DNA of 63,612 nucleotides, the filler included, from Reticulomyxa filosa (taxonomy: Eukaryota; Protista; Foraminifera): NCBI GenBank assembly GCA_000512085.1. It is 13 parts of 13 records of this genome, joined end to end, with 100 filler letters (N's around TTAATTAATTAA, not from the genome) between each part and the next. Parts side by side here need not be neighbours in the genome. Positions count along the whole stretch, not along the records: positions 23,702 to 31,561 come from ASPP01005314.1; positions 31,662 to 38,313 come from ASPP01008272.1; 11 more parts are not named here. One strand, given 5' to 3'. Position numbers and translations under genes: made by a program. Positions 23,784-36,039 of this stretch are shown here, in pieces. The notes under the pieces were generated by a model, which saw only the letters and a list, made by a program, of their open reading frames with translations, was not told the origin of the DNA and did no database searches. How positions within the stretch are numbered: position 1 is the stretch's first letter; the number at the start of each line of letters is the position of its first letter.

Positions 23784-26700
23784 TGGGGACACAGTAAATA
23801 CTGCTTCTCGTATGGAGTCGACGAGCGAACCCGGCAAGATACACTTGAGTGAGGAGTTTTATAATAACCTCCACCCATTGCTCCAACTCTTTTGTGAAAA
23901 GTTGGAGCCCATTGCGGTCAAAGGGAAGGGCATGATGACCACGTATTATCTGCACAAAATACAATTTGACCAAAACTATACGCCCATTGTTCCTTTCCGC
24001 TTGTCTTCTCAACAACAGTTGCCACAAGCCCATATTGGCTCGTCTTCCACGACCGAACATGTCGTCACCGTCGTCGACAAGCCATTGCACTCCTCTGCCA
24101 ACGTGTCAGCCGCGGCTGGTGAGTCGACTGGCTCCACTCTTGCGCCGCACACTGTGCCTCCAAAAGATGTAGTCCCACAGCATCCTGCGCAACTGACTCC
24201 AGATTCCATTATCTCTCCCACTCTCGTCGACGCACTTGCAGCCGCGGTCGAAGGAGGGAAAGCCTCCATCCGAGTCAATCCGATGAATTGGAGTCCGAGA
24301 GTTAGACAAAGTACCGGTCGAAGAGCATCGATATCCTCCGATCCACACGAAAAAATCACCACTGCAGGAGCGAAAGAGTTGGAGTCAATACAATCCACGC
24401 AAGCGATAGCAGCGGCGGCCATAAAGAGCCTCCATTTGTCACTGCCTAGACGTAACAGTCAAGAACTTCATGACTACAAAGAACATGAAAAAGAAGAAGA
24501 AGAAAAAGAAGAAGAAGTAGAGATAAAATACAAAGAGGAAGAAAAAAAGAGGAATGGAAAATAAAGACGGAGTGATGACGCACGAAAAAGCCATAAGTGA
24601 CACTGTGCGAAAGAGGGTTATCGGATCTGACAGAGACAGCAAATCAAAGGAAATCAAACAAATGATTGAACACATTGTCTCGGATATTCGCACGCCGATT
24701 GTGTCACGAAGAGCGTCCAGAGTCAGTGACTTGGAGGGACTCCACGAAGGAGGACTCATGTCTTTGATCACTGGAAATGAAAGCAACGAAGAAGAAGAAA
24801 AGGAGTGGAACGATGGTGTCCACGTTTCAGTCAAATCTGCGTATGTCTTTATCAACACTTGTTTTTTTTTTTATAAAAAAAGAAATAAAATAAAATATAT
24901 ACATATATGCATACATACATATGTATATGTGTATATATAAAACAGAGCCGACTACCACACAGTATCAGCAATGAGTCCATCGGACGAAACGTATACATTT
25001 CCAAAGGAGCAAAAAGAAATACACAGCGAGACAAGAAAAAGAAAGGGTTCATTGGCCAAACAGCTATTGCCTCATTTGAAAGATTTGACAGTGGTGACGA
25101 CCGGAGTGGGTATACATCACTCCAAACGTCAACTGGAGTCCCAACTCAGTATCCATCAAGGCAAAAAATTTGCGACACGTCCATCCTCTCCCTTTTCCCC
25201 TTCGTCCGCTTCATCTCATTCTTCCCTCTCTTCGCACTCCACTTCTCCAATTGCGCACACCTCCGAAACTATACTCGTGACCAATGTGTCTTCACTTCCA
25301 CATCGCGACATTCCGCTATCGCAAGCCTTTGATATCGCCACAAATCTTTCCGCTACCTCTTCTTTTCGTCGTACCAAACATAAGCATTCCAATCAATCTG
25401 CAATGCCATCAGCGGTGCCTCCTCCTCCTCCCCTTTCCTTCTCCTCTTCCTTCTATGACGCCGACACAGATAAAGAGAGCAATCCGACTGGCAATGAGTC
25501 GGCTCTTGTTTTCAAAACGCCCCGCGGAAGAGTGGTCGCGCACAAATTCCTGTTCGAATCCCATTCTCCACGAGGCGCCGCCTCTCAAGCCAAGTACAAT
25601 CGAAATGCACTAACACTTCGCTCTGCTTTTGCCCCCAGTTTTTTTGCGGCCAGTACAGCCCATTTACCAGTTTTCAATTTTTTTTTTTTAGAGTGAGTTT
25701 TTTTTGGTTTTTCACATACCTCCCCCTTTCCTTTTTTTTTGAATTAAAAAAAAAAAGAAGTCACAAAAGAGTGGCAGCGAGCTGAAAAGGTGGAATAAAG
25801 CTAAGACACCGACTGGCGCCTCAAAGACCATGTCGTTCCTTGTAGACAAGGACGGGAACATAAGTGAGAACAAGGGCAAATCGAAATGGAAAAAGGTAAC
25901 TCTTTTATTTATACACACACATATACACATATATATGTATATATGCATATATGTGTATATAAAGAGATATTTGAGCTGATCTAATTCTCTTTTATCTGTT
26001 GACGATTAAAACAGAAAAAGACAGAGTCAAAAGGACTCAGATCCAACTCGCCAACGAAGAAAGGAGCCCTATCAACAAAACGGAGCGCGCGCAGCTCGAA
26101 GACACATCGAACACATAGGCTTGCTATAAAGGTCGACGCGACGATGACAACGAGCATACAACGCGGGCAAACCACACATTCTCCGTATGAAAGCAGGGAT
26201 CACAACAGCAACAATACTTTGAACAAAGACAAACGCGACACGCCAGATGTGATGGACATATCGCCGTTGTCCGCCACCTTGCACTCCAAAGACAATGGCA
26301 GTGAAGATGATGCTTGGACGGTGACAATGAACAGCAGCCTCAATTGGTCCCTTTGTTGGTTCGCGCTGTCAGCAGTCCATTGGGATCTTCTCCTTCCACT
26401 CTTATTGCTGCTATTACTCCTCCTAATGCTACCACCGCTGCTGTTGCTGTTGTTGATGCTGTTACCACTGTTACTGCTACTGCTGCTGTCCCTTCTCAAG
26501 TTTATCATACCGAATCACGTCACGTTAGTCCCAGGGCTACTGCAGACTCCAAAACCCCACCGACACTTGCCTTTTTGTCTCGGGAAGAGCGAGTCAAACA
26601 AATTAAAGAGTTTAAGAAAGTCAGCGCGCAATGGAAAAAGACCTACAGTTTTAACAATGTTCCCCTTCCCCTCTTTCTCTTCATTCATAAATATACACAC

Positions 26701-26793
26701 ATACATGCCAATTGTATTTTTTTTGCCGTTAGAACAAGTACCCAACACAAATTTTCAACCCGAAGTCGTTTTCGCTTCAATTGTGGAAAGTAA
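23784..26793 (+). CDS. Class III adenylate/guanylate cyclase: end of catalytic domain plus long disordered tail (5' truncated; apparent frameshifts near 24550 and 26312)
   Basis: [23 protein letters not shown]...[14 protein letters not shown]. Extent of the tail is inferred from consecutive same-strand ORFs and introns. Confidence 0.75.
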
Positions 26794-27348
26794 TGATCAT
26801 CACCCGAATAAGGGTCAATCAAGTTTTGAGTGTGTATACATACTACACATTATATCATGAACGCTGATTACACTCACACAATGTTGTCTGTTTGCACTAT
26901 CACAGCAATGTATCATAGTGTTGAAGACGGAACGGATCAAACGATATCCAATGATTAGACTACGCACGAGTCTTGATATTGAAAATATGTCTACTTTATC
27001 CCCCTGTTTTACGGCTTTTTTGCTGCTCTCTCTCTTTTTTTCTGTTTTAATAGCCATCTTTCTCATTAACCTTTACTTCTTTTTTTTTTGAGTTTACAAA
27101 ATTTGGTCGAGTTCTTTTTACTGAAATCACAATCAATAGTTCCATGTGTTCACACTCGTTTTGTTACTTGCAGCACATTCACTTCTTCTCAGTTTCTCAG
27201 ATCATTTGCTTTGTCAAAATGGAGGAAGTGGGACGGGCGAGGAAAAAAGAATTTTTTTTTTCTTTTCCCCTTCTCCCTCTTTATTTCTTTTTTCCTTCTT
27301 TGTTGTTATTAAGCGACAGGAGTTGCCTCAATCAAATAAACTAGTTTC

Positions 27349-29826
27349 ATGTCCGGAAGTTTGAACACTGCCTTAGTAAGGAGAGATGATAAATCGAATG
27401 GAACCCGAAACAAGAGTTCCTCAAAAAGCTGGTGGGAGGTATGTTGCACATGGGCCGGCCTAGGATGTTGCGTCCCTGAAGAGCGATTAGAAGAACGACC
27501 AATCGCGGAGGTGACCCAAAACAAAGACCGAAATTGCACCGACATTCCGTGTTGTTTGTTTTTGCTAGCGGTGCTTGTATCGCAAGTGGTGTTGATTTTC
27601 TATGCGTCTTCCAAAGGCGCCGATCCAGAGTATTTGGTGCATGGAACGGATTACCTTGGAAACTTGTGTAAAGCGGGATACGATAAAGGACGCTTCACAG
27701 CTTGGCCGGCATTAAACACAACTGACGATATTCGTGTGTGCGTCACTGACTGTGCATTTACAAATAATAACAGCATGGACAATCAAACCAAAATGGTTGA
27801 TAACTATCCCAGCGAAAATTGTACGTATTTATTTATGTGTGCACTTTTTCTTTTCGATCCCTCTTGCTCTTTTATTCGGTGCAAAACCAAAAAAAAAATT
27901 TGTGTCCCAATAGCATGCATAAAAAAAGAAATACAAATAAACACATAAATAAAAAAGGTTTTGAACGCATGGTGTGTCCCGGAAGAGTCATATTTGGATA
28001 ACACCACGACTAGCTATTCATTTGATTCAGATAAGGAAACCTTGAATCGTGCGATGCGAGATTTGAATATATCCAAATGGCTTATTCTCGGCAGTGCGTT
28101 CATTGCAATTTTCATCTCTTTTCTGTACATCAAATTTATCAACTGCTTAGGCCGTTGCTTGCTCATCTTGTCGATCATTGCAGTATTTGTGGGTGGCTTT
28201 TTTGTTGGCTTGTGGTTGATCCGCGACGGCATACAGAACTTATCCAATTCGGATACTAGACACACTGGCGAAGCCGAGATCGTATTGGGAGCACTTGTAT
28301 TTGTATTATGGATTTTGTTTTTTATGGCTTTATTCTGGATGAGGTTAATTGAAACAACAAAAAATACGCAGCTGTAGCATTTTTTACAAATTTTTTTTTT
28401 CCGTTTTATTGGCTGTGCTTTCCCACACGAAGAAATTTGGAATGAAACAATAGATCCAGAATAGACTTAGCACTCAACATGTTGAATGAGGCCTCGCGGG
28501 CTGTACGCGATGTGCCAACTACGGTGATATTCCCAGTCATGTATTCGTTTGTAGGAATTGCGTATTTCGCATTTTGGTTGGCAGTCGCTCTGTACGTGTT
28601 TTCGTGCAAAGAAAAAGCCACCAAAAATACTCCAGAAAACTTGATCGAATACTTTGGATTCACTTACATTGACGTGACTTTCAATAAAGATTTGCAAGTA
28701 ATTTTTTAAAATTTATTGTTTGTCCATTTTTTTTGTTGTTGTCGTTGGTTGGAAGAATACTTTTTTTCAAAAAAAGAAAAATACGCATACGTATAATCGT
28801 CGTATTACACTTTGCACATTTTCTTTGTGTCGTGACAACAGAACGCGCTGATATATCATTTGTTGTGCTTGGTGTATTTGGCACAAGTAATCAGCTATTT
28901 TGGATTCATGGTGTTGGCAGGAGTGTTTGCTGATTGGTATTTCTCTATATGGAACTCATCACAGTCCCGAAAAATTAGGGGATATGGAACTGGAGAATTG
29001 TCAGGCTCACCAGTTTGTGAGTCATTGTTCAGGTAAACACATGGAACTATTGCAAACAATACAAAAAAAATAAGCCTTTTTATGTATATAAAATTTGTTT
29101 GCTCCGAAATAACATAATAAAAAAGAGTACTGCGATTCCATTTGGGATCGTTGGCACTTGGTGCGTTAGTAGTTACTCCTGTCCGATTGATTCGTTGGAT
29201 ATTGATGTCCATAAAACGAAGCACACAAAATGCGCAAAACGGAGCAACACGATGCATTTTTGGATGTACCAATTGCTGCTTGCAATGCTTGGAATGCCTC
29301 CTTGACAAAATCAACCAAGAAGGCTTTATTCTCACTTCGATTTATGGGACTAACTTCTGTCAGTCGAGCTTTGTTGCTGTCAAGTTAATTTATACCAATG
29401 TGTTGAGAACGGCCCTTTTGGAAGGAATTAGTCATTACATCGAATTTTTTGGACGAATCACTATTGCGGCTGTGACCACTGGCATTTGTTTGACCGTATT
29501 TAGCTTGGACAATTATTTCCGTGACAATTTATCATCAGTGTTGTCACCTGGAATCGTTAAGTGGGCTCTGACTTTTTGTTTGTTGTTATATTAATATATA
29601 TGTATGTAAAATGTTACATTTCAACTTTGGTCATGTTATATCATATATATAGGCGGTATTTGTAATTGCTTATATTATTGGAAGCTTGTTCATGTTGGTA
29701 TATGAGGTCGCTGTTGACACCATCTTTTTGTGCTACTTGATCGATGAGCAAACGCATCCTAACGGACCCAAATTTGCTCATGAAGATTTGGCCAAAATGG
29801 CAAATAAGCATAAAAACTCCGTTTGA
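27349..29826 (+). CDS. Choline transporter-like protein (SLC44/CTL/PNS1 family), multi-exon
   Basis: DRNCTDIPCC, GTDYLGNLC, RFHLGSLALGAL, CLECLLDKIN...IYGTNFCQSS, VYEVAVDTIFLCYLIDE; TGA at 29824-29826. Confidence 0.92.
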
Positions 29827-30757
29827 ATTGCTTTCACTTTTACTTTGCTTGAGCAAAATAAAAACATGTGTGATTTGAAATGTAGTGTTTAATGTGTTGA
29901 AATGTTCAATCTAAATGATTTAGTGATAACAATGTTTGTTTTTCTACAAGACGTCTGCAAGACGTAGAACATTTACCTTTGATTCCAACCACATATCTCA
30001 CTTAAAAACAGCTTACTCGCAAAAAAGTAACGTTAGCCAATTATAACAGGGAAAATAAAACACTAAGTTCTTTTCTCCAAGCCAGTTGTACTTTAGTGTT
30101 TTTGTTGTTAAGTACAATTTTGTTATTAAACCAACAAAATTCCAGTCAATTTTATGGAAAATAAGCTGTTCGTTTATTAGTAAAAAAATTAAAATACAAA
30201 ATTCATAATGTTAAGAGTACTTGAACATTAGTTAATATTTTAATGATATCATTTACACACATTGTATAAAAAGTTCGCTACTGCTCAAATCAAAAAGAAA
30301 TAAAAAATATAATCACCAACAAAAAAAAGGTATCGATATATTTTTTCTTAATTATCTTTTTTGTATGCGTTGTCTGCACCAAGCATTTCACTTTAAAGCA
30401 CAAATATTAAAACAAAACTTGCACTACGTATGTTTATTGCAACAATCATTCAGATCAAATGAATCAATTATATTTGCAGTATTTTTATGTTCATCACTGG
30501 AGTGTTATGTCGAAGAGATTTACACTAAATTTCACAATTATTCAAATAACACACATTATTGCTATGAATAATCTTGTATGGAAATCTAGTATCATGATCT
30601 TTTTTTAGAAATTGATTAGAATATCAGACTTAACCTTTCCAAGTTAAACAAAAACAAAAAGAACAACTAGTTAAAATTTTAACATAGTACTGGAAACAAA
30701 TTTTTCAACAATTGCGGTAATTGTGTTACTATTTAATAAGTGAATAGAGCTTAGAAA

Positions 30758-30864
30758 ATGTCGTAATATTGAAATTCCAAAAACGAAAAAGGAAAAAGCA
30801 TATTAACCAAGCAAATCAATCACAGAGTGCAGTACTAAAATTACAATGCCTTACAAAGTAATCA
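30758..30864 (+). repeat. Dispersed repeat, copy B (homologous to 11821-11928); probable 3' end of the adjacent retroelement
   Basis: aatattgaaattccaaaaacgaaaaaggaaaaagcat...cagtactaaaattacaatgccttacaaagtaatca. Confidence 0.8.
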
Positions 30865-31089
30865 ATAAAAAAAAAAAATTAACATATATCATTATTAAAG
30901 GCAGACAATCCAAAATAGGGGTAAAAAAGTGCCAACGCATAAGGGCAACATGTACAAATACGTGCTCACATGGCAAAAAAAAATCATTGAAAATGCACGG
31001 ATGCCGAAGGCATCCGCAAGCACGAGACAAACAAAGGTTGAATGTTGTCTCACAATCCTGGGACTCCCCAAATGTGACTTACAGAGCTT

Positions 31090-31560
31090 TTTTTTTTAGA
31101 TGGATTACAGTGGGGGCTGTCAATTGTTGGAATATTCTATCGCTCTATTTTAAAACTCACAATGCTTTTTGCCCTCTCTACATGCAAAAACTCATGTCTT
31201 TCTACTTTATCATTTCCAGGAATACCAGAATGATCTTTGATCTGGAACATTATCTTCATTAAATGATCTAAAATCTTCTGACAATCCATAATTGGCAATT
31301 TATAGATATCAGAACCCCATTTGTTGAATATCGAATTAATCACGAACTTGCAATCAGTGAGAATAATCACTCTTCCACAATGTGATAATTGCTTCGATAT
31401 ATGATCCAATGTTTGTTGTAATGCCATTGATTGGATATTCAAACTCCAGACATTGTGGTAAATATGAGTCATGAATGGCAAGTGCTTCTCCAATTCCAGG
31501 ATTCGAGAATGTACCTTCATCACAAAATATCACAATGCAATCAAAATCCAATGATGACAA
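31090..31560 (-). mobile_element. Decayed retrotransposon RNase H domain (non-LTR type), frameshifted
   Basis: IVIFCDEG..SNPGIG (D1), TTNIGSYIEAI (E), IILTDCKFVIN (D2) and IKDHSGIPGNDKV are split over different frames; IDSPHCN follows, like the C-terminal Cys motif of LINE ORF2. Confidence 0.75.
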
Positions 31561-31561
31561 A

Positions 31562-31661
31562 NNNNNNNNNNNNNNNNNNNNNNNNNNNNNNNNNNNNNNN
31601 NNNNNTTAATTAATTAANNNNNNNNNNNNNNNNNNNNNNNNNNNNNNNNNNNNNNNNNNNN
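31562..31661. other. Artificial contig spacer
   Basis: N44-TTAATTAATTAA-N44. Confidence 0.98.
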
Positions 31662-31699
31662 TATATGTATGTATATGTATGTATATATGTATACACATA

Positions 31700-32801
31700 T
31701 ATATTTGGACCAGTGTCATTGTTATGAACGGTAATCGATGCTCTTGCCGCGGTGGTGGCGTTGCTATTAATATCATCGTCCATAGGCTGCAGCAGGCCTT
31801 GTGACATACGTGAACGATCGAAGGTAGAGCAGTCCTCTTTCATAAATCGCATTTCGAGGAGCTCATCGGTGAGAAAGACCTCTCGATGAGTCGGGACAGT
31901 GGCCTCGCCGGACGAAGGCTGTTGTGGCCGACCTTCGCCGGAAACAAGGTTTGCAATGCATCGAATCAAACTGTGAAAAAACGATTGAACGGACATTGTG
32001 CCAAAGTTATCCACGGGCACACTAACGATCAAAAATTCTCGTTTTAATCGTTCTGCGTTGTCGGCCTGGCGATCCGTCGACGTTGATGCTTGTGTCAATT
32101 GAGAGGGTCGATGTTTCATTCCATCACTTATAATTGTACATATATGCACATATACATATATATGTATGTATATGTGTATATATATGTGTATATATATATT
32201 TATGTACATATGAAAGAACCTGGATTGAAACAATTGAACAAATGCTTTTTTTCTGGAATTGGGCTCGGTGAGAGTATCATCGGAACAAAACAGTTCCAAA
32301 ATAAGGTCCATAGTGACTCGTATTTTCAGCTCACAAGGATACAATGGCACTCCGGAAACACTTTTGGTTGGCTCTGGGCCTGCCTTGTGAGTGTCGTACC
32401 TTTGCGAATGGATCAACTCTCTCAAATACGTATTGCTGTCACACTTGCACCAAGGGTACAGCAAAGAACGCAAAAAGTACTCGCGTTGTCGTGACAGCTT
32501 TTGCTTGGTTGTCACCGCTGCCGCTGTCGCCGCCATCGGCCCTTTGTCCTCTGCGGATTCGTCCAATTTCATTTCCATTGCATCGCCATGACAAAAGTAT
32601 TGAAACAAGTCATCCACTTTTGATTTGTTGTTTAGTGTGTGCAATGAGGGATTGGTAATCTCATTGACGTGATTGCATTGGCTCGCCAAATATCGGTACG
32701 TCCTCAACTCTGTTCCTATCGTCGTTGCTATATTTTCTTTCGCACTCGCGTGGTTCAAAACATCGCTTACTTCTGATAGCAACTCACGTACCAATTGACC
32801 C

Positions 32802-32837
<36 letters not shown>

Positions 32838-34167
32838 AATTTATGTAAAGAGGTATATATATACTTGTACTTCAATTCAATGCTTTTTTTTTTTTCTTCC
32901 ATCTTTTACAATACACAACACTCAAACATGAGGCAAGTGACGAGGGTCCACGATTTCAGTTACATCCTCTTTCTTTTCCATTTCGGAACTAATCAATGAT
33001 AAATTAGGAGCAGACACTGCCCGGGCAGATCTGTTATCTTTTTCGTCCGTGGGCTTGTATGTATTATACATATATGTACATGCATACACGCGTCCATTTT
33101 TTGCATGTTTTGCATTCCATCGACTCAAAAACTTGGGTTTTTTTTTTTTTTTAATAGAAATTTAAAAAAAAAAAAAAGGAAACTGTAGAGGCAATGGCAT
33201 CTGCAATCGATGACATCAATCCTTCAGGCAATGATCGCACAGCGCTCTCACGTAGCTTGGCATTATCTCGCGCATTGATCTCTGAACGAGATGGAGGCAA
33301 TGCTAAGATTAACATTTATTATTATTATTATTATTGCTACTATCATTATTATTAATTTTTTTTTTTTTTTTAAAAAAATAATAATAATTTAAAAAATAAA
33401 AATAAAAAATGGTAACGTACACACAAATGCTCGTCCGATAACCGCATGGGTCATTTGATTGAACCTCTTCACCAAATATCTTTTTGTATTGTAACCTTTT
33501 TTTTGTCTAAGTCGCAATGCGTTTTCCTGTCTTTTTTTAATAATGTCTTGGTCCTTCACATTTGTTCCTAAAATTTCTTGCAATTTCGACCCTCGCCGGG
33601 TTTGAATCCTTTCGACTTCGTCATCCATCTTTTCTTTGCTCCAATTTTTTCCATCATCATCGGTGTCAATCTCTTCTTCTTCTTCTTCTAAACTTTCCTC
33701 CAATTCGTTACTATAGCTTTGTGATGCCTCTCGGCGGTGCTGTTCGTTTTGTCGTTCGACTCCGTTGGCTGCTTTTTGGTTTTTTGTCGTGTTTATTTGA
33801 GCGTGTCTTCGCAAACGTATTTCTCAAAAAAAAAAAAAAAAAAAAAAGGGGGAAGGAAACAGGGAACATTAATGTTGCAAAAGGTGAAATTACCTTTTAT
33901 GATTTTTTTTTTTTTTTTTTTGTTAACCTTCGCTTTGGATTTTGAATCTTCGTCTTTCGTTTGTTGGGGTATATTAGTTTGCTCATTGACAGATGCGTCT
34001 ATTGATGAGCTAGCCACGGACTGCGGACGGAGAGAAGGATCCACGTAAGATATTTCAGATGTTGTTTTATGCAGCCAAAATGCACGTCCTTTATTGGGGC
34101 CTGTTACCTCTTTGCAACATATCCATTCTGATGTCTCTGCATCAATGCTTGCTGTTGGGTTTGACAT
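31700..34167 (-). CDS. Protein with an N-terminal WW-like domain followed by a helical region (weakly SAPS/PP6R-like); 3' truncated
   Basis: SEWICCKEVTGPNKGRAFWLHKTTSEISYVDP fits the WW pattern W...G+.F/Y.H..T.E.S.xxP. Several same-strand exons continue to the contig end. Confidence 0.55.
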
Positions 34168-34579
34168 CTTCGTTGCTTTTTTTCTTCTAAGTCTACTCCT
34201 TTTCTTATTTTTTCACTTATTTTTTTTTTTTTCCTCCAATCAACATAATTCGTCCAACAGACTTGTGTTGGTATTTCCTCTGGAGAAAACTGTCACTGTG
34301 TGTCGTTTAAAAATAGATTTCGATTTTAAGATAATTGACTATTTTTTTTTTTAACAACAAGGCTTGATTATTCAACAGGCTTAGATTTAAAAAAAAAAGA
34401 TTAAAAAAAAAGATTTAAAAGAATAATAATGTAAATTTTTCCAATGAATAATTTTATTTGCTGAAAAAAGAGGGAGAAAAAAAAGAAAGAAAAAGAGTTG
34501 TCGATTTTTTTTTTTTTTTGGATATGTCAAAAAGACAAACAAAAAGGAGAAGAAAAAAAAAAAAAAAAAAAGAATGATA

Positions 34580-35282
34580 TCAAAAACAAAAAAAAAGAAA
34601 AGAAAAGATCGTATTGCCAAAAGCGAATGAGCAAGAGATGAGCAGGCAACTGAGTAGCGCGTCAAACATTAAAATGAAGTCGGCACTGCCAACGACAGCA
34701 GCAATGACAAGGGATGCCATAGTGCTAAGCGTGGACATAATAGCAACGACAGCAGCTTTGCGGAACTGGATAAGTTCTGGACGTGGTCGACTTTGGTCAT
34801 TTTGAGATACAACCGACCCTCGTGACATCTCGGCCATTGACACCACCGAGTGATCATTGAACTCTTCCAATGAGTGCGAGATACGAAACAGTCGAGACAA
34901 GTACCAGTATGCAATGAGACAATTGAAGACAAATGTGAGGCCTGCTCCGCTGAGAGTAAGCAAAGTGCGGGGAAACTCTTCAATGAAACAGTCATAATAA
35001 ATACCTTTGCCATAGGGATCAAAGTCCGCGGGCTCAAATGGAAACACACATGTGCTTGAGACTGTGATCCACATAACGCACGCCATGCAAAACATTACCA
35101 CTGTTCCCAACACCCCATAAAACAGGCCCATTTGCCATTTTGTTATCCTTGAGACTGAAGGTTCAAATACCACCACTATCGCAATTATATACATTTTTAT
35201 GTACAAATATAGTTTTATATTTATATATTTGTATATGCATAAGTATATGAAATTAAATGGAGGCTGTTGATTAATAACCAAG

Positions 35283-35315
<33 letters not shown>

Positions 35316-35728
35316 CCCCCCCCCCCCCCCTCTCCCTCCCCTCTTTTCTCAAACACAAACATATTACCTAGCCTTTGAAACCAAAACACCAAAGTTGATG
35401 CATAAAAGGTAACCGGGAAAAAGTAGGTTGCGAATTGAGATATTGGACAAAAACCGGACCAATGCTTTGGCCACATCTGCTGCCGTCCAAGTATAAACAG
35501 TATAAACAACTGGAACTGGTAGACCCAGCCTATGAGATGTGGAATCATTGCTGCTATTACAAATGGCCTATTTGCCTCTCTTAGGTTGAACAAATGGTAC
35601 ACGGAGTACGAACATAATATTGTCTGTAAAGGCAACGTGATAACATCTATTATCATCATCGTCCCCACCAGATGGGGCTCATCATTTGATGCATTATCTA
35701 TCAGACTTTTGGGACATGTTGTTGCCAT
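34580..35728 (-). CDS. Seven-transmembrane (GPCR-like) membrane protein
   Basis: About seven hydrophobic segments after removing the intron at about 35180-35368; extracellular Cys residues (FCP, TCVF, YDC); short N-terminus with an NAS sequon. Confidence 0.6.
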
Positions 35729-36039
35729 CACAAACTTTTCCCATCGACGTTTTTTCTTGTTTTTTAAAAGTCCCTTGACAATTGCAAATATTTCCATATT
35801 GAAAGGTTTATGCACAATTAGTGTAGTGCTTGACGAAAAAATCTTTATAAATGAAGGAAGATGGATAGATAAAGAAAAAAATTCATTTGTATATCTGTGC
35901 TTGTAATGCGATACGTTTACTTAAGAATATATTTATTTCAACTTAGACGTTTCTTGATCACACAAAGACAACCACAACGTGAACAAAAGGGAGAGATTTT
36001 TTTGGTTGTTGCAACATTGCCGCTCTGACTGTGAAAGTG

